Positions 37,794 to 47,233 of a stretch of DNA of 64,000 nt are shown one piece after another (position 1 is the first letter of the stretch; every line of letters begins with the position of its first letter). The DNA is taken from the IMG/VR virus record IMGVR_UViG_3300042997_001281, positions 117,394-181,393 of that record; one strand, written 5' to 3'. This DNA is from a virus. Its lineage: Duplodnaviria > Heunggongvirae > Uroviricota > Caudoviricetes. The notes under the pieces were generated by a model, which saw only the letters and a list, made by a program, of their open reading frames with translations, was not told the DNA's origin and made no database searches. A program made the translations under genes and the position numbers.

Positions 37794-39067
37794 TGTCGTC
37801 AAAATCGGGAACCATATTATCGAGTTTACAAGATGCATATTTTGTAGTTGACACCCATAACATTGGTACGGGTGTTAGCCCTATTGGGTGTGGTGGATAT
37901 AATGGAAGTACTGATGGTGTGGTTAATCAAATTAATAGTAATAAAAGTCTTTTCATTAATGGATTAAGACTTTCAAATAAAACATATTATACTGGAGGTG
38001 GGAAAACATACCCCGAAGGTAACTACGGTACCGATTCAATAGGTTTTTTATACCAAGGGATTCACACGGGATACAATATTAGAGGTTCGTACAATTTATT
38101 TGGTGTTGGTAGAGGAATAGGTATGTGGGCTTGGGATAACGATACAAGTTCTTGGGTTGCGGATTCGTATTTTGTTGGTTCAAATTCAAGTGGTTACCAT
38201 ACTTATGACAACTATGGTGGTTCAGAAACTGGTTATGGAAATAATTTAGTTTGGTTAGTTAGAGATTATAGTAGAATAAGAGGACGTTTCCCAAATTGTA
38301 CATTTATTTTAATTGGTTCACACGCCGCTGACCAATACGACACTAACACAGTCAATATGATGTTGGATTTAGGTGCACCGTCATTGGTTTCAGGGTGGAA
38401 CCCATCACCGGGAAGACCCGAATGGGTTTTGGTTGGTAGACCAGGTCTTGGTGTTGGAAATGCATTTGGTTGGGCGTTTGAAAACTATCCTGTTGATACA
38501 TCAGCAGTTGCTCATTTAAACTTTGGATTACCTATTAAAACTCTTGGGGAACTTGAGTTTGATGGTACTGACGATTACATGTCGTTCACGGGAATTACAG
38601 GTCACCAACAGGCATTTGGAACAATTGAGGCATGGTGTCACCCAACAAACGTAAGTGGTCAAAATTATGTTTTCTCAATGGGGGAAGCGCAAGTTTATGG
38701 GGCATCGAGGTCATTAATGATTTCAGATGGTGTTTGGTACGTTATTAATTATGGAAGTAGTACTGAAGATTGGTTAACAGGTGTTAGTGCCCCTGTAAAC
38801 ACTTGGATGCATGTGGCTTATACATGGTATGGTACATCCTGTAGATTTTATTTAAATGGTACGGAATACACCGCAACGAGAAGTGGTTTAATCACACCAC
38901 AAGGAACTCAATGTACAATCGGTTCCCCAACATGGAGTTGGGGAATAGGAAATTCATCATATAATTTTAATGGAAAAATTGGAAGTGTAAGGGCATACTC
39001 AAAAGGGTTAACCCAATCAGAAATTCAAAATAATTACAATAGAACAAAATCACAATACGGATTATAA
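37793..39067 (+). CDS. ILEI/PANDER-like domain + LamG (member 7)
   Basis: RGIGMWAWD..TYDNY..FILIGSHAA..LDLGA..WVLVGRPG then FDGTDDY..WMHVA..NYNRTKSQYGL. Confidence 0.6.
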   Translation: MSSKSGTILSSLQDAYFVVDTHNIGTGVSPIGCGGYNGSTDGVVNQINSNKSLFINGLRLSNKTYYTGGGKTYPEGNYGTDSIGFLYQGIHTGYNIRGSYNLFGVGRGIGMWAWDNDTSSWVADSYFVGSNSSGYHTYDNYGGSETGYGNNLVWLVRDYSRIRGRFPNCTFILIGSHAADQYDTNTVNMMLDLGAPSLVSGWNPSPGRPEWVLVGRPGLGVGNAFGWAFENYPVDTSAVAHLNFGLPIKTLGELEFDGTDDYMSFTGITGHQQAFGTIEAWCHPTNVSGQNYVFSMGEAQVYGASRSLMISDGVWYVINYGSSTEDWLTGVSAPVNTWMHVAYTWYGTSCRFYLNGTEYTATRSGLITPQGTQCTIGSPTWSWGIGNSSYNFNGKIGSVRAYSKGLTQSEIQNNYNRTKSQYGL

Positions 39068-41136
39068 TGGCAAGTAAACAAAACGGTTCAACAACAAAAG
39101 ATGGTTTAGTATTCGGATTTGACACGGGTGACACATATAATTCATATTTGGGTAGACCAACAAATAATATCGGATTTAATGAACCTTTATATAACTACAA
39201 TAACGTACCGGGAAGTGTTACAACAAATTTAACTCAAACAAGTGACACATATAAAGGTGCACCAATATGGAGACAAACACTAACTCCATTGGATGGTAGT
39301 GGTGTTTCTTGGTTATCGAATGCGAATAATCCCGGATTAGGTGTTGTTCTTTATGGTGGAGCATCTGGCGGTGGGTTAGCGAATAGATACACGGGACACT
39401 CAATATTTTTTAAACCAACAGTACCAATGGCTGGTACACCAATTTATCTACACTATTCAAATATTGGTGGTTGGCAATGTCAAAGCTGTGCACCCGAAGA
39501 TATGGGGGATGGTTGGTTTAGAGCAAGGGTATTATGGTATAATACGGTAACACAATCCGATGGAAAATATTGGGCAATTAACCCGTTAAGTGCATCATTA
39601 AATGTTCCAATCACTATATTTTGGGCGGGACCATTCAAAGAAGATTTAAATAGTACCGCAATATCACAATATGTTTATGGTACTCGTTCTGTAACCCAAG
39701 GGTTAAAAGATTTAACTAATAATCATTCATTAGATTTAACGAACGTAACCTTTAATTCAGATACAAATCCAAAAATAAATTTTGATGGTTCTGATGATTA
39801 CATCAACTTGAGTCCGTCGGCAATACCAACAGGAAATCAAATAACAATCGAGATAGTAACATCGTGGAGTGGTGCGTTACAGAATAACTCAATTATTGCG
39901 GGTGGTAGTGGAGGAAATCAAGATTTAAATTTACACCTACCATGGGGTGATGGAAATGTTTATTGGGATTTTGGTAGACCGTTTAATAGAATATCTAAAG
40001 CAATTGGGTCGTCTGATAATTATCTTGGTAATCATCATTGGGTGGTTAGTAAGAATTCAACCACAGGTATTATGAGAATTTATTTGGATGGTACTTTGTG
40101 GCACTATGGAGGGGGTCAAACATCAACAATTTCTTTACTTAATAGTGTAAGTATTGGTAGATATGATATTGATACGGTCAAAGCATACTATTATAAAGGA
40201 GACATTCCCGTTCTTAAAATTTATAATAAAGAATTAACACCGGAGGAAGTTCATAAAAACTACCTACATTATAAAGATAGATTTGTTTTAAGAGATGTAA
40301 AATCACTAACGGCGGTTAATACTTTGGGTACCGCATCGGAATCAGCATCGCCAAGTGCTCAATTATTATATGATGTTGGATATAGAACTGACGGTGTTTA
40401 TTGGTTAAAACCAACATCAGGTTCAACACCATTTCAGGCGTATATTGATTTTAATAGTGTAGGCGCACCATGGGTTCATGTCGGGACAATCGACGATGAG
40501 GATGCTCCGAGTAATAACTCAACATATCATAAATGGAGTAATGATATGAATGCAATTCAATCATGTCCGCCGTGGGATGATAATACAACTTTTGGGGGTT
40601 CGACTCCGACGTTTGTTTCCGATTATAAAAATACAGGATGGTCATCAATCCCCTTCTCACAGATAATGATAAAAGATGCAGGTAATTCACAACGTAAATT
40701 ATTATATACAAATGAAGGTCAGATTAAATCCAATAATTCTTCATTATCAAGTTGGTTTGGTTCATTAAAATGGGGAGCACTCGGTTCCGATGCATCAAAT
40801 GATGCATTTAATAGAAATAGAGTTAAGGCACTTAATATAACAAATTTTGGAGTTGATGACCCAGTTTTACAATCATCAGGTAAGAGTAAATTATTATTTA
40901 AATACGGTGAAATTGACGGGGCTCAAGACGGAAATAAAGATAGAACTATGATTGCGTGGCATCGACATGATGCCGCTGATGGCGTTGACGGTCCTTCAGG
41001 GATTGGTTGTTTTACCAATAGAGGTGGTACCATTGATTATAGAGATATCATACCTGGTTCAGTTTATGGTGCGGGTCAAGATTTTCCACCGGCAAATATT
41101 GGTGGGACATACTACTATAGTATTTGGATTAAATAA
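39067..41136 (+). CDS. LamG with insert + fibrinogen/intelectin-like C-terminal domain (member 8)
   Basis: GRPTNN...FDGSDDY...then PSAQLLYDVGYRTDGVYWLKP..FQAYIDF..PWVHV. Confidence 0.65.
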   Translation: MASKQNGSTTKDGLVFGFDTGDTYNSYLGRPTNNIGFNEPLYNYNNVPGSVTTNLTQTSDTYKGAPIWRQTLTPLDGSGVSWLSNANNPGLGVVLYGGASGGGLANRYTGHSIFFKPTVPMAGTPIYLHYSNIGGWQCQSCAPEDMGDGWFRARVLWYNTVTQSDGKYWAINPLSASLNVPITIFWAGPFKEDLNSTAISQYVYGTRSVTQGLKDLTNNHSLDLTNVTFNSDTNPKINFDGSDDYINLSPSAIPTGNQITIEIVTSWSGALQNNSIIAGGSGGNQDLNLHLPWGDGNVYWDFGRPFNRISKAIGSSDNYLGNHHWVVSKNSTTGIMRIYLDGTLWHYGGGQTSTISLLNSVSIGRYDIDTVKAYYYKGDIPVLKIYNKELTPEEVHKNYLHYKDRFVLRDVKSLTAVNTLGTASESASPSAQLLYDVGYRTDGVYWLKPTSGSTPFQAYIDFNSVGAPWVHVGTIDDEDAPSNNSTYHKWSNDMNAIQSCPPWDDNTTFGGSTPTFVSDYKNTGWSSIPFSQIMIKDAGNSQRKLLYTNEGQIKSNNSSLSSWFGSLKWGALGSDASNDAFNRNRVKALNITNFGVDDPVLQSSGKSKLLFKYGEIDGAQDGNKDRTMIAWHRHDAADGVDGPSGIGCFTNRGGTIDYRDIIPGSVYGAGQDFPPANIGGTYYYSIWIK

Positions 41137-41148
41137 AGTATTTAAGAT

Positions 41149-41856
41149 ATGGCATTACATTTTAGTTCGAGATTAGTTACAGATGGTTTAATAGTTTTAT
41201 TAGATTCCATGGATAGTACATCATATCCGGGTAGTGGTACCACATGGTACGATTTAAGTGGATATGGTCATAACGCTAGCATGATTAATATGAATTCACC
41301 ATCTGCGGGAAATACATCGGGATACGACACAACAACAAAATATATGATGTTTGATAGACATCTTGGTGGAAGTGATGGTGATGCAAATAACTACGCATTA
41401 ATCTCAAATACAAGTATCCTTGACCAAGCGTTATGTGAGAATGGTATGACCATAGATATGTGGATTAGAGAAACATCATATGTGTGTACTGCGTTTACTA
41501 AATGGAATGGTTCTTGGGAACTATATTATTGTTCTACTCTGACCTTCAGAACACAAGGAACAAATGGAAATGATGGTGGTGCAAGTATTGGGTCATCTGC
41601 AGGTACTTGGAGAAATATTGTGGCAACACATGATGGGGTTAATCGAAGATTATATTCTAACACAACCTTGGTATTAAACGACACAAATAATGTATACTCT
41701 CAAAACACATCGAGCCCAATATCCATTGGAGCATATGATGGTGGGTCTTATGCCACAAATGGTGCAATTCCAATTTATAGGATTTATAATCGACCATTAA
41801 GTCCAACGGAAATAACACAAAACTATAACGCAACAAAAAATAGATTCGGTTTATAA
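41149..41856 (+). CDS. LamG protein without insert (member 9)
   Basis: GLIVLLD..SYPGSGTTWYDLSG..YNRPLS..NYNATKNRFGL. Confidence 0.75.
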   Translation: MALHFSSRLVTDGLIVLLDSMDSTSYPGSGTTWYDLSGYGHNASMINMNSPSAGNTSGYDTTTKYMMFDRHLGGSDGDANNYALISNTSILDQALCENGMTIDMWIRETSYVCTAFTKWNGSWELYYCSTLTFRTQGTNGNDGGASIGSSAGTWRNIVATHDGVNRRLYSNTTLVLNDTNNVYSQNTSSPISIGAYDGGSYATNGAIPIYRIYNRPLSPTEITQNYNATKNRFGL

Positions 41857-43067
41857 TGTCACAAAGTTTAGGACCAAATATTAACAATAGTGGATTGATA
41901 TTCAGTTACGATGTAACTGACACTGCAAACTCATTTAAAGGAGAACCAACAACCAACCTTTCATATAATAATGGTCAAGGTGGTAGTGAATATTTGGCAG
42001 CACCAATATCATGGGTGAATGTGGGTTCATGGGAATACAACGATAACGAAACCGATGTTCCAAAACCATCAACTCCGGGGGTTGATGCCACAAACCTTAG
42101 AGTATTAAGTGGAAGAAGTACCGCAACGGGTGGGAGTGTACAATTTGGGTGTGGGTTTACATACGTATCCCCATCAACAACATATACCGTTTCAGTATGG
42201 TACAGACAAAGCAGGGCAGGTGCGTCCCAACCATATTTAAGAACCAATATTACAAATGTGGGTTTAGCCAATTTGGCTTATAATGGAAATACAGATACAA
42301 GTACATGGCCAGCCAATCAATGGATAAAAATAACTGCAAGTGGAACCACAGCAGCTAACGAGGATGGAATTTATATTAGTAACTACATAGGAACATATAT
42401 TGGGGATAAAATATGGTATTTTGGACATCAAGTCGAACAAAAAAACCACATGACATCTTTAGTTTTAGGAACAAGAAGTACAACAAATGCAATTGTCGAT
42501 GTAACAGGTAATTCAACGGTGACAATGACCAATGGTGGATTCGATAATAATGGTCAGATATATTTTGATGGTTCGAATAGTTATGGTGTCATCACAAACG
42601 GACCAATAAGTACAATAACCGGTGATGTAACACTTGCTGGTTGGTTTTATTGGAATGGTGGAACAGGTGCACCACATAGAACAATAATTTGTACTGATAC
42701 AGCATATAGACATGGTGTTAAATTAATGAGTTATTATCATGGTGGTTTGGCCGCATGGGTTGGTAACAATAATGGGGCAAATGATTATTTACTTGGAGGT
42801 GGAAGTACACCATTAAATTCTTGGAATATGTTAGCGTGTACCTACAATATAGCGGGAGGTTTAATTCTTTATTTGAATGGTCAATCGATTAATAGTGCCA
42901 ATACGGGATTTTTGGGTGGAACTGCGAGAGCGTCGACCGCGATGATTGGTAGAGAATACCACTCATCATATGAAGGTAAATTACCACTATCTATGGTATA
43001 CAATGAAGTGTTGAATGCAACTGAAATTAATAAACTATATACAAATACAAAATCTAAGTTTATTTAA
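41856..43067 (+). CDS. LamG protein with inserted CBM-like domain (member 10)
   Basis: GEPTTNL...TTYTVSVWYR..W.KIT..GTRST..FDGSNSY. Confidence 0.75.
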   Translation: MSQSLGPNINNSGLIFSYDVTDTANSFKGEPTTNLSYNNGQGGSEYLAAPISWVNVGSWEYNDNETDVPKPSTPGVDATNLRVLSGRSTATGGSVQFGCGFTYVSPSTTYTVSVWYRQSRAGASQPYLRTNITNVGLANLAYNGNTDTSTWPANQWIKITASGTTAANEDGIYISNYIGTYIGDKIWYFGHQVEQKNHMTSLVLGTRSTTNAIVDVTGNSTVTMTNGGFDNNGQIYFDGSNSYGVITNGPISTITGDVTLAGWFYWNGGTGAPHRTIICTDTAYRHGVKLMSYYHGGLAAWVGNNNGANDYLLGGGSTPLNSWNMLACTYNIAGGLILYLNGQSINSANTGFLGGTARASTAMIGREYHSSYEGKLPLSMVYNEVLNATEINKLYTNTKSKFI

Positions 43068-43070
43068 GAT

Positions 43071-45023
43071 ATGTCAGTAAATTCGGGATATGGAAAAATT
43101 TCAACATCAGGATTAACCTTTGGGTATGATGTTGGTGAAACTAAAAATTCATTTAAGGGTAAACCAACAACAAATTATGTTACCAATGCGTCAACTATGG
43201 CGAATTTTGGTAACTATTCTTGTGGTACACCTGTTACGTTTACAACAGAGTTTGGAACAACAGGATATCGAATGTCAAATCTTGGCTCTTGGAATGGTGT
43301 CGTTATGGGTGGTATATCATTACCATCAACCGGAACATACACATTTTCCGCATATATTAGGTATATTGGAGGTTCGGCAAATAATAATGGTGGTACAGTC
43401 TATACAAGTGGTTTTGGAATCGGTGACACCGCAGCGTACCATAGTAAATCGTCTCCCGGTGAGTGGATTAGAGTGTCCAACACACAAAATTGCACGGGAA
43501 CTAACGGTACCTTTTATTTAATATCATTCGGTGGAACTTATTGTGATGATTTTTCGTCATGGGAAGTAACAATGCCACAAATTGAGGCTGGTTCGTTTGC
43601 CACACCATTTGTTGACGGTTCAAGAAGTGTAACACAAGGGTTATTAGATATTGTGGGTTTAACAACTATTGATTTATCGGCATCTTCTTTTGATGCAAAT
43701 GGTAAACCCGTTTTAGATGGAACAGATGATAGAATTGATTTAGGTAATGTTAGTGATTATTTCCCATCGAGCGTTTCTGCGGTAACCGTTGAACAAGTTT
43801 TTAAAATTGCTAGTGGAGCATCAGGTAATGACGGACCGTTATTTGAAAATTATCGTTTTAATTTGTGGTACTCATATTCATCCGATATTGTTAGTTTATC
43901 AACAAGAAGTGGGCCACCCGACACTGTAGGATATCAATACACGGTTAGTGGAAACGCAACAGTTGCGTGCCAACCAAAAACCAATTATAATCATGTTGTT
44001 GGGATTTACGAAACAATAAGTGCAACAGATGGTAGAGTGAGATTATATATTAATGGACAATCTGCCGGTGTTTATGTTGACACAAAAATGGGAGCATATC
44101 CAATATACGGAACTTGGATTGGACAAAGTAATCATAGTGGTTACGGTACTTATAAATTAAATGGTCAAGTAGACGTTACAAAAGTTTATAACAGGGCATT
44201 AACCGAAAATGAAATTTTAAATAACTATCAACAATATAAAGGTAGATTTTCATTACCATCAGTTAAGGATGGTAGCACCCAAGCGTTAGCGGCTCCAAGT
44301 GCCACTTATTTAAAAAATTTAGGTATTTCAAAAGATGGTAACTATTGGTTACAACCAAGTGGACAATCGGCGTTTCAAGCACCTGTTAAATTTTATTTAA
44401 ATAAGGCAATGGTTTGCGTAATGAAAGGTGGAAATGAAAGTGGTTATGTACCCGATAGTTCATATTGGGAAAACACAACATTAGATAACCAAAATGATTT
44501 TACCCTAACAAACGGAGTTAGTAGTAAATATCAAAGTTACAACGTCGTTCCATTTACGGAATTCTATTGGACCATGGGTGAACTTAATTACCAATCAACA
44601 TTCTCATTGGCAAGTGAAGTGAGTAGTATGTACGCAGCACAAACAAGAAGTTGGAATAGTTCAGCAAATAGAAGTTCACCACATTTCGGTAACAGTATTG
44701 ACTATAGAAGTTTAGTTGGTGCAGATAGACGATACACCAGTGCTCTTGGTACTGAAATATACCTAATGGGTATGGATTTAAAACATGAGGGACACTATGG
44801 TGGTGGTGGAGGTAGTTCAGGAGGAAGAATACGAGTTGGTAGTATATTGGATGAGAGTACCGGAAATACAGGTGCGTTGTCATATGGTGCCGCAGGTTCT
44901 GCGTTCGGTATAGGTGTCAATGGTGGTAACCCACTTAAAACGGGTGTATGTGGATACGCCGGTTGGACAGAACCATCAATTATCGGTGGAGCAGATAACT
45001 GGAGTTTGTGGGTTGTCTTTTAA
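43071..45023 (+). CDS. LamG with insert + fibrinogen-like C-terminal domain (member 11)
   Basis: GKPTTNY...ATPFVDGSRS..LDGTDD...then APSATYLKNLGISKDGNYWLQP. Confidence 0.65.
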   Translation: MSVNSGYGKISTSGLTFGYDVGETKNSFKGKPTTNYVTNASTMANFGNYSCGTPVTFTTEFGTTGYRMSNLGSWNGVVMGGISLPSTGTYTFSAYIRYIGGSANNNGGTVYTSGFGIGDTAAYHSKSSPGEWIRVSNTQNCTGTNGTFYLISFGGTYCDDFSSWEVTMPQIEAGSFATPFVDGSRSVTQGLLDIVGLTTIDLSASSFDANGKPVLDGTDDRIDLGNVSDYFPSSVSAVTVEQVFKIASGASGNDGPLFENYRFNLWYSYSSDIVSLSTRSGPPDTVGYQYTVSGNATVACQPKTNYNHVVGIYETISATDGRVRLYINGQSAGVYVDTKMGAYPIYGTWIGQSNHSGYGTYKLNGQVDVTKVYNRALTENEILNNYQQYKGRFSLPSVKDGSTQALAAPSATYLKNLGISKDGNYWLQPSGQSAFQAPVKFYLNKAMVCVMKGGNESGYVPDSSYWENTTLDNQNDFTLTNGVSSKYQSYNVVPFTEFYWTMGELNYQSTFSLASEVSSMYAAQTRSWNSSANRSSPHFGNSIDYRSLVGADRRYTSALGTEIYLMGMDLKHEGHYGGGGGSSGGRIRVGSILDESTGNTGALSYGAAGSAFGIGVNGGNPLKTGVCGYAGWTEPSIIGGADNWSLWVVF

Positions 45024-45053
45024 TAATTAAGAATATTTATAAATAAAAAGAAT

Positions 45054-45416
45054 ATGAGCAATTTTCCTAATAGACGTTGGTTGGTAATCCCAACCTCAGA
45101 AGTCGAAAACGTAGACTTCAATCAAGTACATGAGAATTCAACTGAAACATTACGTTATTCAGTTGATGGAACTAAAACATTCATTAAATATGAAGTTAAT
45201 ATTGTTGAAGAAGATACAACAAGTACCTTCATTAACCCCGAAACTATGGAAGAGGGGACATCAACAATTCTTGCTGGAACATATGGTAGACCGGCAATTT
45301 ATAATGGTACTTATCCTGAGTACAACCATGAAGATATTTTGGCGCTTTTGGCAACAGAAGAGTGGACAGTACCCATGGACCCTGAAATGTTTCCAACCCC
45401 TTCACAACCTGAATAA
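45054..45416 (+). CDS. Hypothetical tail-region protein
   Basis: VDFNQV..TLRYSVDGTKTFIKY..YNHEDILALLATEEW; TATTTAT at 45034. Confidence 0.55.
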   Translation: MSNFPNRRWLVIPTSEVENVDFNQVHENSTETLRYSVDGTKTFIKYEVNIVEEDTTSTFINPETMEEGTSTILAGTYGRPAIYNGTYPEYNHEDILALLATEEWTVPMDPEMFPTPSQPE

Positions 45417-45435
45417 TTTTATGTAAATTTCTATT

Positions 45436-46164
45436 GTGATTACCAATAGTGACTACATAAAGAACTTTATTACTAATAACGAGGATAATCCCGTTCCCTA
45501 TCGTTGGACACACGGTGCAACCGATTTCCATATGGGTGATGGGATTGTTGTTTATAGTCTAATACAACACATGAGAGCAAAGAATTGTGTGTGTATCGGT
45601 TCAGGTGGTGGATTCATTCCACGTATCATCACACAGTCACGTATTGACCTTCACAAACAAGGTATTTTTGAGGGGAATCCCGATTATAATTGGGGTGACA
45701 TTGGTGCAACTTATGTTGTGGACGCATGTAACGGTGTTGGTGGAGAAACTGACCTTGAAAATGAAGATTCTTTCTATAGAAAAACGTTTTACCCACGATT
45801 TATTAAAAATACCTCAGAAAACGCCTTTTATAACTTTTTTACTCTCCAAGATATTAAGATTGATTTCCTATTTATTGATGGAGACCACACCTATGAGGGT
45901 GTAAAATTAGATTTTGACCTTTACTCCACCTTATTATCTGAAAACGGGGTGATTGTTATTCACGATACCGATGAAAACTATGAAAAGAATCTAATTGTGT
46001 CTGAAGATGCAAAAAAAGATTACCATAAGTTTGACGGTCCGTCCAAATTTATTAAAGAACTACAAGAAAATCCCGAGTGGAACTTGATTAATCTATTTAA
46101 TTTTCGTATTATTCCTTCAAAACCGTCTTCGACGGGGATAACGATTATAAATAGAAAAAAATGA
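45436..46164 (+). CDS. Class I SAM-dependent methyltransferase (Methyltransf_24-like)
   Basis: CIGSGGG, IDFLFIDGDHTYEGVKLDF, VIVIHD. Confidence 0.8.
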   Translation: MITNSDYIKNFITNNEDNPVPYRWTHGATDFHMGDGIVVYSLIQHMRAKNCVCIGSGGGFIPRIITQSRIDLHKQGIFEGNPDYNWGDIGATYVVDACNGVGGETDLENEDSFYRKTFYPRFIKNTSENAFYNFFTLQDIKIDFLFIDGDHTYEGVKLDFDLYSTLLSENGVIVIHDTDENYEKNLIVSEDAKKDYHKFDGPSKFIKELQENPEWNLINLFNFRIIPSKPSSTGITIINRKK

Positions 46165-47018
46165 TAAGGTTATTAACTGTAATTGGACATGGAACTAAGT
46201 TACTACCCCACTTTATAAAACATTATGAAAAATATGTTGACGAAATTAACATCGTTGTATACGAATCTGATTTACACCGAGAATTGGGTGATGAAATTAG
46301 TCAGATTCTTATCGAGTTTACCAATGTAAAGATTGTTAAGACAATCAACGAAAGAGTTTTTGATTGGGAAAAAGTAACTCAATCATACAACTACATTAAA
46401 AAGGATTATCCTGATGATTGGTGGGTAATCGCCGATATCGATGAATTCCATCTATACCCCAAAGACAATTTAAAACAATTAATATCTGATTGTGAAAAAA
46501 ACAATTGGGATATTGTACGCGGTGGATTTATTGATAGAATTGGACCCGATGGGGAGTTTTCAGAATTACAACCAAATGAATCTATTTGGAAACAATACCC
46601 AAATGCTGGTTTCTTTAGACATCCAATGAGTGATGCCTGCCCCAATAAGATTTGTGTTGTTAAAGGATATGTTGAAATCACAAATGGTCAACACTATGCA
46701 AAAATAGATGGTCACACCACATGGAGATGGCAAGGTTGGAGTCACCCACTGATTGCACCAATTGATACATATTCAATACAGGTTCACCATTTTAAATGGG
46801 ATAAAGATTCAATTGGGAGGGTTAAAAATGTTGCGTTAATCAATCAACCATACGCATATTCATCCGAGTATAAAAAAATGTACGAATCATTGAGAAAATC
46901 AAAATTTAAAATAGATTTAAATGAACCTGAATACATGTTTGAAAAAAATACATCAAAACCCGAATTCAAACAGTATAAACAATGGAATAAATTAATTAAA
47001 AAAATCATATCAATATGA
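46161..47018 (+). CDS. GT-A fold glycosyltransferase (GT2/GT92-like)
   Basis: LLPHFIKHY..VD; WWVIADIDEF DxD motif; HHFKW. Confidence 0.7.
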   Translation: MIRLLTVIGHGTKLLPHFIKHYEKYVDEINIVVYESDLHRELGDEISQILIEFTNVKIVKTINERVFDWEKVTQSYNYIKKDYPDDWWVIADIDEFHLYPKDNLKQLISDCEKNNWDIVRGGFIDRIGPDGEFSELQPNESIWKQYPNAGFFRHPMSDACPNKICVVKGYVEITNGQHYAKIDGHTTWRWQGWSHPLIAPIDTYSIQVHHFKWDKDSIGRVKNVALINQPYAYSSEYKKMYESLRKSKFKIDLNEPEYMFEKNTSKPEFKQYKQWNKLIKKIISI

Positions 47019-47233
47019 CCGTAAAAAAAGGAAACACGACAGAAGAACAAAATGAGTTCCTACTTCTTGAGCAAAGAAAAGTTAAGGCAATGGAAAAAAT
47101 TGCCAACTCTTTAGATGCACTAACCGTTTGGTTTGAAGAGGTTGATAAAAAAGAATGGAGTGATAGAATTCAATTTTATCTTTCTGAGTGGCACGATACC
47201 ACAAAACCGAAAGACCCAACCATAAATGGATAA
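47015..47233 (+). CDS. Hypothetical protein
   Basis: 72-aa helical ORF coupled on both sides. Confidence 0.5.
   Translation: MTVKKGNTTEEQNEFLLLEQRKVKAMEKIANSLDALTVWFEEVDKKEWSDRIQFYLSEWHDTTKPKDPTING

Noticed and set aside
27550-45023. Diversity-generating retroelement targeting the Mtd_N-like or lectin genes
   Set aside because: No reverse transcriptase in the window and no near-identical TR/VR pair. Paralog differences are at synonymous positions of all bases, not adenine-specific.
30746-45023. Invertible shufflon
   Set aside because: All members are co-oriented and full-length; no recombinase or inverted crossover sites were seen.
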